Source: Macrostomum lignano (Eukaryota). Taken from it: a stretch of 64,000 nucleotides of DNA. Position numbers and translations under genes: made by a program. Positions 12,401 through 25,739 of this stretch are shown in pieces. The stretch is from positions 62,001-126,000 of the forward strand of contig NIVC01000611.1 of assembly GCA_002269645.1 (NCBI GenBank). The letters run 5' to 3'. The notes beneath the pieces are model-generated. The model ran no database searches, was not told the origin of the DNA, and saw only the letters and a program-made list of their open reading frames with translations. How positions within the stretch are numbered: the stretch's first letter is position 1; the number at the start of each line of letters is the position of its first letter.

Positions 12401-15400
12401 AATTGAGCCTCTAATTCAGCCTCTAACTGAGCATCAAATCGCCAGCCTCTAATTGAGCCTCCAATACGAGCCTCAAATTGCCAGCCTCTAATTGAGCCTC
12501 CAATACGAGCCTCAAATTGCCAGCCTCTAATTGAGCCTCCAATACGAGCCTCAAATTGCCAGCCTCTAATTGAGCCTCCAATACGAGCCTCAAATTGCAA
12601 GCATCAAATCTGGGTCATTTTTAGAGGCTGCGACACCCAAGAGTCGAGCCTCTAACCCAGCCTCTAGCCTCCCATTGGTTTAGTGTAACCAAATAAAAAA
12701 AAATCATTAGAGGCTAGCGCCAAAAAGTGAGCCTCCAACACCCCTCCAGATTTTCCATCGGGTATATAGGCTGTAGGCTACTCAAGCATCTGGGTATATA
12801 GGCTGTAGGCTACTCAAGCATCTGGGTATATAGGCTGTAGGCTACTCAAGCATCTGGGTAGATAAGGTTGTGGCTACTCAAGCATCTGGGTAGACAAGGT
12901 GGAGGCTACTCGAACATCTGGGTAGATAGGGTGGAGGCTACTCAAGCATCTGGGTAGGCAGGTAGGTTGATCATCCCGATCCCTCAGCTCTCACCGGCTG
13001 CTTCTGAACACCCGACCAGAACTTGACGCAGGCCTGCAGGCTTCGCTCGTTGACCGTGCCGTCTCCGTTGTCATTGACAATGCCCGGCTGGCTATCGGCC
13101 CACCCGGGCTCGTCGCTGGTCCACACGAACCGGCCCGGGGTCGGCAGCCCGTCGCCGTGGACGCAGTGAACCTCAACGCCGGGCGGTTTCGTCGCGTCAA
13201 AGTCGGTCAGAGACGCCAGCCGCATGGCCAGGCCCTCGGGAAAGCCGATGTCAGCAAAGAATTCCGCATAGTTCGAGGAGCTGTAGTTGCGGCCCGGCCG
13301 GCTGGCAAAGGGTTCGCCAGGCGGCCAAAGGGGCGCCTGCGGCATCAGGAATGCCGACGAGGTGAAGGAGCGCTGCAGCGGCCGGATCTGCGCAGATTTA
13401 CAGGCGGGGTGCGGTGGTACCGCGTGGGAATCGGGAATCTGTCATAGACTGGTGACTAACTATGACTCATGGGAATGGTTGGCATCTTATGCTCACAGAC
13501 AAGTACATCATAGCTACAGACAGGTACATCATAGCCACAGACAGGTACATCATAGCTACAGACAGGTACATCATAGCCACAGACAGGTACCTCATAGCTA
13601 CAGACAGGTACCTCATAGCTACAGACAGGTACCTCATAGCTACAGACAGGTACCTCATAGCCACAGACAGGTACCTCATAGACACAGACAGGTACCTCAT
13701 AGCTACAGACAGGTACCTTATAGCTACAGACAGGTACCTCATAGCCACAGACAGGTACCTCATAGCCACAGACAGGTACCTCAAAGCCACAGACAGGTAC
13801 CTCATAGACACAAACAGGTACCTCATAGCTACAGACAGGTACCTCATAGCCACAGACAGCTACCTCATAGCCACAGACAGGTACCTCATAGCCACAGACA
13901 GGTACCTCATAGACACAGACAGGTACCTCATAGCTACAGACAGGTACCTCATAGACACAGACAGGTACCTCATAGCTACAGACAGGTACCTCATTGCCAC
14001 AGACAGGTACCTCATAGCTACAGACAGGTACCTCATAGCTACAGACAGGTACATCATAGCTACAGACAGGTACCTCATAGCCACAGACAGGTACATCATA
14101 GCTACAGACAGGTACCTCATAGTCACAGACAGGTAGCTCATGGACATAGACAGGTACCTCATAGCTACAGACAGGTACCTCACAGCTACAGACAGGTACC
14201 TCATAGCTACAGACAGGTACCTCATAGCTACAGACAGGTACCTCATAGCTACAGACAGGTACCTCATTGCCACAGACAGGTACCTCAAAGCTACAGACAG
14301 GTACATCATAGCTACAGACAGGTACCTCATAGACACAGACAGGTACCTCATAGCTACAGACAGGTACCTCATAGCTACAGACAGGTACCTCATAGCTACA
14401 GACAGGTACCTCATTGCCACAGACAGGTACCTCAAAGCTACAGACAGGTACATCATAGCTACAGACAGGTACCTCATGGACACAGACAGGTACCTCATAG
14501 CTACAGACAGGTACCTCATAGCTACAGACAGGTACCTCATAGCTACAGACAGGTACCTCATGGACACAGACAGGTACCTCATAGCTACAGACAGGTACCT
14601 CATAGCTACAGACAGGTACCTCATAGCTACAGACAGGTACCTCATAGCTACAGACAGGTACCTCATTGCCACAGACAGGTACCTCAAAGCTACAGACAGG
14701 TACATCATAGCTACAGACAGGTACCTCATGGACACAGACAGGTACCTCATAGCTACAGACAGGTACCTCATAGCTACAGACAGGTACCTCATAGCTACAG
14801 ACAGGTACCTCATGGACACAGACAGGTACCTCATAGCTACAGACAGGTACCTCATAGCTACAGACAGGTACCTCATAGCTACAGACAGGTACCTCATAGT
14901 CACAGACAGGTACCTCATAGCCACAGACAGGTACATCATAGCTACAGACAGGTACCTCATTGCCACAGACAGGTACCTCAAAGCTACAGACAGGTACATC
15001 ATAGCTACAGACAGGTACCTCATAGACACAGACAGGTACCTCATAGCTACAGACAGGTACCTCATAGCTACAGACAGGTACCTCATAGCTACAGACAGGT
15101 ACCTCATTGCCACAGACAGGTACCTCAAAGCTACAGACAGGTACATCATAGCTACAGACAGGTACCTCATGGACACAGACAGGTACCTGATAGCTACAGA
15201 CAGGTACCTCATAGCTACAGACAGGTACCTCATAGCTACAGACAGGTACCTCATGGACACAGACAGGTACCTCATAGCTACAGACAGGTACCTCATAGCT
15301 ACAGACAGGTACCTCATAGCTACAGACAGGTACCTCATAGCTACAGACAGGTACCTCATTGCCACAGACAGGTACCTCAAAGCTACAGACAGGTACATCA

Positions 15401-17547
15401 TAGCTACAGACAGGTACCTCATGGACACAGACAGGTACCTGATAGCTACAGACAGGTACCTCATAGCTACAGACAGGTACCTCATAGCTACAGACAGGTA
15501 CCTCATGGACACAGACAGGTACCTCATAGCTACAGACAGGTACCTCATAGCTACAGACAGGTACCTCATAGCTACAGACAGGTACCTCATAGTCACAGAC
15601 AGGTACCTCATAGCCACAGACAGGTACATCATAGCCACAGACAGGTACCTCATAGCCACAGACAGGTACCTCATAGACACAGACAGGTACCTCATAGCTA
15701 CAGACAGGTACCTCATAGCTACAGACAGGTACCTCATAGCCACAGACAGGTACCTCATAGCCACAGACAGGTACCTCATAGACACATACAGGTACCTCAT
15801 AGATATAGACAGGTACCTCATAGCCACAGGTACCTCATAGCCACATACAGGTACCTCATAGACACAGACAGGTACCTCATTGCCACAGACAGGTACCTCA
15901 TAGCTACAGACATGTACCTCATAGCCACAGACAGGTACCTCATAGACACGCCATACACACGCCTAATCGCCATAGACAAGTACTTCAGACCAGATACAAA
16001 CGCATAAATGTAAGCCATCAGCACATCATTAGTTCAACAGCTGGTGCGCCTCACTAGTAAACCGTAATCAACCAAGACTCACCGTGAGCGGCTTTTCAAA
16101 TGGAATGTTGAGCGAATCGCCGCTGGACACCACTCGCACAGTTTTCACCGCGCCACCCAGCGGCGCCCCCACGGCCAGAAGCGCGCGAATATGGCGCCGT
16201 TTCCAATCGGCCGATTGGCGCTGCAGAAAGCGCAGAGCCATAATGTTGCCGTAGCTGTGGGCCACCAGCAGTGCGGGCCTGTTGCCGTTGTCCCGGCAGG
16301 TGGACTCGATCAGCTGCAGCAAATTCGAGTCGAAATTTTCCACGTCCAAATCCGGGGGCGAACGGCGAAAGTCGAACGGGACGCCTCGGACTGACACGTT
16401 TCTCGTGTAGCCCAGCTGCGAATGGTGAGAGATTGTGCGCGACTCTGTTTGTGCTTGGGAGGCCGCGAGCAGAGGAACAGAGGGTTGCAGCCTAGTGGTC
16501 AGAGCGTCGGATTCACGACTTGAAGGTCGGGGGTTCGATTCCCCATCCCACTCGGAACAATTTGTGTCCTTGAGCAAGACACATAAATCTGAATTTCTTC
16601 AGTTCCCCCAGCTGTAAAAGGGGTCCCCCCTAGTAAAAGCGATCCCCCCCCCCAGTCATTGGACTGAACAGCCGTACACAGCCTTCAGATGCGCCGCGCA
16701 ATAGCTGCGGCTGAGCAGTCGGCTGCACATCTGGCAGGTGTAATCAATTGTTATTTATTATCTGTTACAGGCAACACTAGCGCCTGTCATTATCATGTTA
16801 GATATAGATACTCGCAGTAGGGCTGCAGGCACCCTGTTGCAACGCCTTTGGCGACATCGTCACACAGCCAGCGCTGAGGCAATTCCGCTCATTCCACTCA
16901 TTTTAGCGCCGCAGGCACTCATTTTAGCGCCGCAGGAACTCATTTTAGCGCCACAGGCACTCATTTTGGCGCCGCAGGCACTCATTTTGGCGCCGCAGGC
17001 ACTCATTTTGGCGCCGCAGGCACTCATTTTGGTATAGCGGATTGTGGCATAGCGGCATAATTAAGTGAAAAATTCCCACCTGCTTGGTCAGAGCGGCCAC
17101 CAGGCCACTGAAATAAGCGCTAGCGGAGATCCTGGACACATCGAAGTACTCCACTGCGGCTGTGTCGCCATAGTTTGGCACCCGGATGCTCACGTTCGGC
17201 GCATTGTGGCTGATGTTGGTGACGTTGTCAAAATGCAATCGGAAGTTGTCAACAAAACAGTCGATAGTGAAATAAGTGAGCAGCTCGAGGTTCAGCCAGA
17301 TGGGAAAATAATCCTTGGTAGTCTTGGAGCACCAGTAGTGTGGCACCCAGGGCTTGCCGTCGAGTCTGGCCTCAACCTGGCTGCCGCCATCGCCTGGGAT
17401 GAGAATCACTGGAGTCTTGGCAGCGGCAGCAACAATGGGCAGTGCTGGTTGCGCAATAGCCAGTGCCAATAGCAGCAATGCTGCATGCAGGGAGCAGAGG
17501 CTTGAGCCAGATTTGTGCCAAGTGTGCACAAGCATGTCAGCTGTCAT
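9459..17547 (-). CDS. PLA2G15: Lysosomal phospholipase A2 (group XV)/LCAT-family lipase, 4 exons
   Basis: Exons 17080-17547, 16083-16415, 12995-13387, 9459-9641; all phase 0, GT..AG. Hydrophobic signal-like N-terminus, PVILIPGDGGSQVEA, nucleophile elbow VAHSYG, GAPLGG, GDGTV (Asp) and AEH (His) complete the catalytic triad. Confidence 0.9.
9670..10010. repeat. ~32-bp GGGTATATAGGCTGTAGGCTACTCAAGCATCT minisatellite in PLA2G15 intron 3, resuming at 12763-12960
   Basis: Tandem units on both sides of the 10011-12762 insertion. Confidence 0.9.
10011..12762. mobile_element. Foldback-like non-autonomous DNA transposon
   Basis: Termini CCCGATGGGAAAA / TTTTCCATCGGG; 3-bp TSD TAT (10008-10010, 12763-12765) relative to the host repeat unit. 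Long subterminal arrays TTAGAGGCT (~10150-10685) and AGCCTCTAA (~11750-12600) lie in inverted orientation. Confidence 0.8.
13490..15950. repeat. 21-bp CAGACAGGTACCTCATAGCTA minisatellite (~2.4 kb) in PLA2G15 intron 2
   Basis: Over 100 tandem units; source of the 906, 655 and 566 aa pseudo-ORFs. Confidence 0.97.
16480..16620 (+). mobile_element. tRNA-derived SINE in PLA2G15 intron 1 (antisense to the gene)
   Basis: A-box-like GCCTAGTGGTCA (~16490-16501), B-box GGTTCGATTCC (16532-16542), then the GTGTCCTTGAGCAAGACAC hairpin typical of SINE central domains. The anticodon stem pairs poorly. 3' end not defined. Confidence 0.7.
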
Positions 17548-20500
17548 AAGAACCAGTTTTGTAAACAATGGTTATTGTGTGACAGTAAGATCATGTTTGT
17601 ATTAGAGACAGGGGGCTGAGAGCAACCTGGCACACTTTAAGCGACATTGTCAAACAACTGTCATTATTGCATTACTTTCCATTCTGCCAACTCCACTGAG
17701 CAAACAATCTTTCAATTTAATTAAACTTATATTATTTTAAGTATATATCTGCTTTTCAAATTAAATTTCCTACATAGATTTTGCACTGTCTTTCTGTAAT
17801 TGATTTTTTGAGAACTATCTGGTCAATTTTTATTTCAAATTAGCTTTAAAAAAATTCAATTCTTTGGGGCAGTCATGCAAACTTCTTTCATTGAAAAATT
17901 TGAATTGGAAATGGTTCAAATATAAACAATGACATTTTAATGCTTTCAATGGGCAATCTATTTGAATTTTGCATTTGAATGCCCACAATGGGGAGCTCAA
18001 TGTGCTGGTAAAAACTAAATGCATTTCATAGAAAAATGAAAACATAACTAACTTTATACAATAGTCAAGGTGGTATATGCATGCTAGAATGCATTTTAGG
18101 CAAAAGACCCCATATACATCAAATGTATGGCAATTGTTAAGCTGCCTTTGATTCATTATACCAGGAGCCTAAATATATAGTTCTAAGCCCTGATAAGTTT
18201 TTTTAGATTCCAGCTTTTTACATTGGTATAAAATTATGTTTTTAATTAGATTGGACTTCTATGACGATAGATGACTATGACGACTTTTATACTTTCTCAT
18301 TTTCTCATATGTACATCTATAACAATATCTTATTTTCCTATAGCCTATCTATATTAAAATATATAGCTAATAAACTATCTATAACTATTTTTAAACTTTC
18401 TTGTGTAGTTGCAGTATGCCACCTCTTACTATTAGCTATTATAGCTATAGGAATGAGGAATATAGCTATAAATAGTGTTTTGTATAATGCATCTGTGGTA
18501 CTCAATGCATAACAATTTGATTGCCTTCTGACTATTTTCTTTCTTTACTTGTCTCTCTTCTTTGCCCTTTTTATCTTCACTTTCTCCTCACCCCTCTCTT
18601 CTTTTCCATTTTTCTCTCTATTCTCTTTTCTTCTCCCCTTTTTCTCATATCTCTTCTTATAATATTTAAGTAACAAAAGTAATAACTACTGTTACTTTAT
18701 AATTAAAGTAACAAAATCTCTAATTCTTACCAAAATCTATGAGAGCAGTGGCTTGCTTATCAGTTGGTTTCTAAGAAGTCTCCTTTGCAATCTAGCCTTG
18801 TTTGATAGTGGCAAATGCTAGGTGGTTTCCCCATTGGCTTCAATTCTCTTAACTTAAGCCTTTAATATCCTGACCCCAGGGACTTAAGACCTTCCCCTAT
18901 ATTGAAAGTGAAAACATTCATCTTAACATTAATCCCTATCACCTAGCCATATCTTGCATTTGGCATTGAAACTATTTATTGCTTAAGTCCCCAAATCTAT
19001 ATAAGGATTTAAGTCTAAGAGCTAGATGTTAGATAGGATCCTAATCCAATCTAATAACCTTAATCCCATCTGACCTATATTAAGAGCTCCCCTTTGAAAT
19101 TGAAAACACCTTGGGTATGGCATTGAAAATCTCTATTGCTTAAGTCCTAAATTCCAAGGACTTTGAAACTGGCAATATTTATTCACTTTTATTATCCTAC
19201 CCCTATCAGTCAAACCAATAGCTCAATGGCCTTTTAATTCTCAGTTGGGTAGCATAACTAGATATAAGAATTAGATATAAAAAGATAAACTGGATATAAC
19301 TGAAAATTAAGTAATAGGCCTAAATGATAATTTAATCATTATCCAAAATTGATATATATACAAGTGCTAATTTATAAAAGAGGTACTGGAATCATTAGTT
19401 AAACTAATGCTTGAAATCTTATGTAAATAACTTTTGCCAATTGGTTTTTTTTACAAAAGTACTGTTAAGCCAAGCCAATAATATGAATGTAACCCTAGTG
19501 TCTTGTGTATATAAAAATAAGTAGCATAACCGCATCGTAAGCCCTTGAGCTATTCAAGAACATAGGGGGGGGCTAACTTTTCTATTTTTCCTAATGCTAA
19601 AAATTACTGTCATTTCAACTTGAAATATTTCATGTAAAAACTAGAATATAACACTAAGTCCTAAAGTGCAAGTGCGGATGAACTTTAATTGTTATTTAAT
19701 GTTCCTTGAATTCATTAAGTTTAAAATTAACATAGGTAGCACTGGTTAGCAGCTGTAAACTAAACTGCGTTTTATATTTAAGGTACAGCGTAATAGCGTT
19801 AGTATTAACACTTAAAATAAAATGAAAAATTGTGCATTACAGCAAAGTGACTAACGTACTTTGTTTTACGTATGTCTTTCTTGACCACGAATTTAAAAAA
19901 GACATTGCTATAATTTTCAGGACTAGTGAGTCACCAAACAGGCTCAGGACGGGACTTCGCCGCGCTGTAATCTCTAATTACGCGCTGGTATCTTATATCT
20001 AATAGACTATAGAACATGTTAAAAATTGACTTGTTTTCGATTGTATATTGTGATTGATGGTTGCTTTCAATCGAGTTTTACCTTGTCAAAAGGAAAAGAA
20101 CTTTAGAGTAGAGTAGTTTAGAATTAGAAGACTTTTCTTAAACTAGGCTGCTATAGTGCTATTTTTTATTTTTACTATTTTTTGGCTTGTGTTATCGTTT
20201 TTGTGACCGTATAACTAGCAAAATGTTTATTCAATAGTAGTCTAGGGCCTAGTCAATGTAACAGTGTCAGTATAAGTTATAAGTAGGCCCCTATAAAAGC
20301 GAAGTGAAACTTATGTCTATCCTGTAGTTTCGTAGGCCTACATTAAATTATTTTTGTTGAAAATAAAAACTTTAAGTAACTTTAAGCTTAGGCCCTAATA
20401 AGTGACAGAATAGATAGGGTCTAATAAGGAACAAATATAACATGTTCAATGAAAATAATTTTATTAATTTTATGTCCAAAACTATAACATTGCCTAGTCA

Positions 20501-23500
20501 AACTTATTTTTATAGGCCTAGTCACTATTAGGCCTGAGTAGCAAAAAAGCTACCATATTTTTATGGTAACTTTGTAAAGGCTAAGTTTAAGTTAAGGCCT
20601 AGAACAATCACAGCCATAGAAGAAAAGGGGAGAGAGGCCAGACAGACAATAAACCAAAAGCAAGCTTAGCAAAGAAGCTCAGACATTGGGAAGATGGAGG
20701 AACCAAAAAAAGGGGGCAAGGGAGAAAATGCAGACAGCCAAAAGGACAAATGGGCCAAGAAAAAGGAGAGGGAAAGAGGCAAGGGAGAGGGAGAAGGAAA
20801 GAGTAAGGGAGAGGGAAAGAAAGAGGGAGAGCTGCGACCAGTGGCAATCAACAGCTCAAAGGGCACAGGGAACTGCTGACAAAAGTGGGGCACCTAATAC
20901 TATTGACTAAACTAGTGCTCACTTCATTTATTTTCTAAATTTAATAGCCTCTTAGTCTTATTGTTTAGGCACTCATTATTTATATGAAAGTATGGCTAGA
21001 TATTGCTAGCCATAATCTAGAAGGTGGCCTTTATGCCAGAATTTTCTAGAGTATTTTTGCTCTCACTGACAATCTTGGCATATAGAATAGCCTATGCCTA
21101 TTCAGGTTCAACATGAAGTGTACACAGTTGGCATACAAAAAATAGCCAAGTTCAAGAAAAAGTGGCATATAAACTATTTTAGTCTTAGTGTAAAAATTTT
21201 TTAATTATATGTCGGCATACAATTGAAAAAACATGAATTTTCATTCTGGTATATGCCTGCCATGATCCAGACTATAGATTGCTAAGTATTGCATAGTATT
21301 ATATAAATATTTTTGGAAGTTATTTGCAGTGTTGAGCACTAGTCTATTAATAAGCATTAAGATTTTTCATTAACATTAATATGTAGCAATAGTTGATGAA
21401 GATAAAGAGCAAAGGTGGTGGCTCTGTGTTTGCTGAATAAACAGAATAACTTAAAGAGTTGAAGTACTTAGGTTACATTTATTTATAGTATTGAACTGAG
21501 TATAACCAGAAATTTCTAGAAGTTTCGTTAGTTACAACAAAATTAAATATTTTAAATGCTATTACGTAATACTACCGTACAAATGCATTAATAAATATGA
21601 CCACAATAAATTTTATACTTAATATTAAGCAGTAAAACTAACATTTAAATAAACTAAAGGAAATTTCTGGAATCTGACAAGAAGTTATAATAGCATTCTT
21701 TTGGTTTATGTTCACCCCAAACAGTGACAATCACCTTAAACAGTGACAATCACTACAAAAAACAGTTTTAAGACATAAAATACATAGTTTCCAATGAAAC
21801 AAAATCAAATGTTTGAAAACCTTCTTTGTTTATTTCAAAAGATAGTAAGATTGTTGTAGCACCTTATATTTCACCCTTCAGTTTACAATCATCCAAACAT
21901 ATGTTGCCCATTGAAATGATCGTGAACTAAAGCTAGCAGTAAGAAAACCTGTCAAACTAATTTCAACTGTCAAGTTGCAAGTTTAAGCTACGGTAGCCTA
22001 TATATTTCACCTTTGGTTTATGATCACCCAAATGTATGTTGCCTATTAAAATGATCATGAACCAAAGCTGGCTGTAAAAAAGTGTACTGATGGTTGACAT
22101 GCTTTCCTATAGCCAGCTTTGGTTCACGATCATTTCAATGGAGTGCATGTATAGAAGTGATCGTAAACTGAAAGTGGGGAGGGTGCGGTGCTGAAGATTA
22201 ATTATACTAAGCTAGGGTTGACATGCTTTCCTACAGCCAGCTTTGGATGATCGTAAACCAAAGGTGATATATATAAGCTACTAGTGAACCAATGTACAAT
22301 CTTTTCAATCTCAAATAAACAAAGTTAGTTGATCAGCTCCAACTTTTGCTCTCTTTTCATTTGAAACTACTATTGGTTTTTATGTCTTAGTTTTGAACAC
22401 ACCATTTTTGCACTGCAATAAGCAAAATATAAGGTGATCATAAATCAAAACTAGAAAAATAGAAGGTGATCCTAAACCAAAACTGGCAAAATAGATGGTG
22501 ATTGTAAACCAAAGGATTGCTGTTATAACATTACAAATGTATTCAAATTTACTTAAATGCCTAATTAATCTTTTGGTTTATGACAATTATCATGCAGATG
22601 TAACAACTTCTTACTAATAAACTTTAATAATGAATTAAAATTGTAAACTTTATTGCTTATGCATGAGCATCAATTGCTTTGATTAACTTCTTTGCCAATC
22701 TTTCGTAACTTTCTGCTGCGCTTACTAATGCTACTGAAACAACCTTCCTATTCATATCTTATTATTAACTAATTAGCTTTTAAGTTTCAAATAAATAAGT
22801 TACTTTTGTTTACTGTATGCTTACTTTTAGTAGTATTATGCTTATAAGTTTCAACTATTATTATTATTTGTTATTTTTAGCTTGTAAATTGCATGGATAA
22901 ACTCTATGTTCTACTAAAGATGGAAAAGTGGAAGCAGTATATTATGAAGTCTGTTTTGAAAAAAAGTGCAATATTTCTATATTTTTTGTGGTAACTTTAA
23001 TGGATTAATGCTTATTAATGATTATCAATTAATTTTCAGTAAACTTAATAAAATTAAGAGTTAAAAAGTTACACATTAAAGTTACAATTAAGATTTTTTC
23101 ATTCTAATGCTAACACTTTTGCCATTAACGGAAGTTAAGATTTTCATTAATGGTGCCCAACACTGGTTATTTGCATGATATGGCCTAATTTGTGGCATGC
23201 ATGAGGGTTTTTGACCCTAGTGTTATACCATAGTTCAGAAGGTAACATGTACGTCAGGATATCCTGGCATACAACAAGGGTCTTATCATTTTTTAGTGTA
23301 TATCAGGTTATATCCCAGCATACATGACATAGCAGATATATTGTGTCAAATAACAATTTTTTTGTATTGGCATACAAACCTAACATACAAACAAGGTCTC
23401 ATCATTTTTCCAGCATTAAACCCAGTATATACTAATAGATGATCTGAACTATGGGCACCTACTGTGTATTACTGCATGCAATAAGACTTTGTATATAGCT

Positions 23501-25739
23501 AATAAAATTTACAAAGTTTTTTACAAACTTATAAACTTAATAAACTTAATTAAACTTAATTTACAAAATCAATAAAAATTTTTGGCATGTAGCTGTGTGC
23601 AAAATGGATTCAGAAATAAAACATAGGTTTGGATTTGGCTGGACTGTAGAAATTTGGAATTGGTAATGTCTTAATTTAATTTTTTTAATAAGTAATTACA
23701 CTTACAAAATTTTTTTAAATACAAAAATAATTTTTTATTTCTTTCACAGCAAAATTAAAGACTAAAAAGTAATCCAATCCATGGAAAATAATGAATTTAA
23801 ATTGTTTAAATAGGCTTTGCTGCTTTTACTTAATAAGCAAAGTGCTAAAAATACAAGCAAATTTTCAATTTTAACTTCTGCTGGTCTCTGATATGGCACG
23901 CAGTGCAGATAAGGCCCTTGGTGTATGGTGTGTAATGCGCATGAGATTTCCAAATAATCTTGGTGTATGGCATTCAAGGTTAAAAAGTTTCATGGTATGC
24001 ATGGAATATCTTTGAGACTTTAGGGTACAGTGTAAAGAACAAGTGCTGCTCTAATTGTATAGAGTTTTATTGGATCCATGTGAATTGCCCATAGACGAAT
24101 TGCCCACCAAGATTTGCCCATAGGAGATTTGCCCACAGTGCATTTTTCCCATGAGCAAATTGCCCATGGGGCTCTTGGGTCCACTGGCAGTTACACATGG
24201 GCTTTGTTGCACAATGCAACTAAGTAAAATAATAAAAACCTAGTCAGTGGTAGCCCACTACTACAACTAGACCCTCTATCAAAAGGGAAAAAACAATGTT
24301 ATAAACTTCAAATTTATGCTAGGTCAACTGGCCAAAGCCCATGTGTAAATAGATTATAAGTATTACAAAATGTTTCAAATACAATCAATATTAATACTTA
24401 TAATATAGTTTTTAACCAATTTCAATGTATAATATATCATTTTTTAGTTTTTTACACTATATCTATTGATGAGAATAAATCTATTACAAATAGAATAGCT
24501 TTAATAAAACATTTGCTACAATACTTTTAAAAGTTAGTCTTAGACCTGTAGTCAGGATCATGTTATATATATGCTAGAATTTCCCCAAAAATATTTTCAA
24601 TTGTATGCCAAGTATATCAGCCAAAATGCACTAGAGTGCTGGGTTTTACCCATAGTAAGTCTGGAATCTCCTAACTTGAGCATGGGCCTAAATATAAACA
24701 TTTATATAAATTGAAAAAAAAATACAAACATTTTTTATAAAGCTGTTTTTTTCTTATAGAATTACAACATACTTGCAAAATAATTGTTAAATTATATATT
24801 TACAGCTTTATACATATTTTTTTAATAAAATTTTTAATTTTTCAAAACTACTAAAACTTTCATGACAAATGGGATTTATTATGCTTGTGTAAACAACTAT
24901 ATAGTGGCATGGGGCAGCCTTTTCTAGGTTCAGAACAAGAATGTATGCACCACATAATGCATACTGTATACCAAAAATTAATTATGCAAGTTTCCATGAT
25001 AATTGGTTGAGGTATTTTTTCCTAGATATATATGCTTTCACATTAGATAAAAAAATAGATCTAAACATCCTCTATTCCTAACAAAAGTTGTTATTCTAAT
25101 CCTACCAGGTTCTAAATATTTTGATTTTGTCTGACTTTCTTTATTCATGATATTGATAAAATCATTTTAACATTAGAAAAAATATAGGTGGCTATATTAT
25201 TAACAAACCAATACAGTAAAAAACAAGAAATCCCCAGTTCTAACATAGAACAATAGAGTAGGGACTAAACATAGAACCAGAGAATTAAAATTTAAACTTT
25301 ATTGAAGACCTACATATATATCCTCGACCTTATCTGTAAAAGTTACAGTTAAAAGGTAAAAATGCTTTTTTGATTTAGCCAATTTTTTTTATCTTTAATT
25401 TTTCACTATAGGCCATACTGTTACTTATTGTCGTGTCATGATTTATGTGTCATGAGTAGGGAGGATCGGAGATAGGGTGATTATCCTCCCCAAATAGCAA
25501 CGATTTTTTTGAAATTTGATTTTCTAGTATATTTCTTTTAGCTCTCCCTAGGGGCAGGCTACCCCCAAAAATATTTCTAGTGTTCAATCCCCCCCCTCGA
25601 AGAAAATTTCAAACCAGATTTGGCTCACACATAGCTAAACTGGTTAGTGATGGTACAATTGCATTAATTCTCATGCATGAACTCCTGTTTCATGTAAGAA
25701 ACCGAACTATACCTGCTGCAGGGAGAGCACAGGTGGAGC

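Noticed and set aside
13287-16007. 906-aa, 655-aa and 566-aa ORFs
   Set aside because: Translations of a 21-bp minisatellite lacking stops in several frames, inside PLA2G15 intron 2.
16480-16555. Functional tRNA-Val(CAC) gene
   Set aside because: Anticodon and acceptor stems pair poorly and a SINE-type body follows the B box.
20608-20910. Lys/Glu/Arg-rich short ORFs
   Set aside because: Purine-rich low-complexity tract with nearby stops; no recognisable domain.
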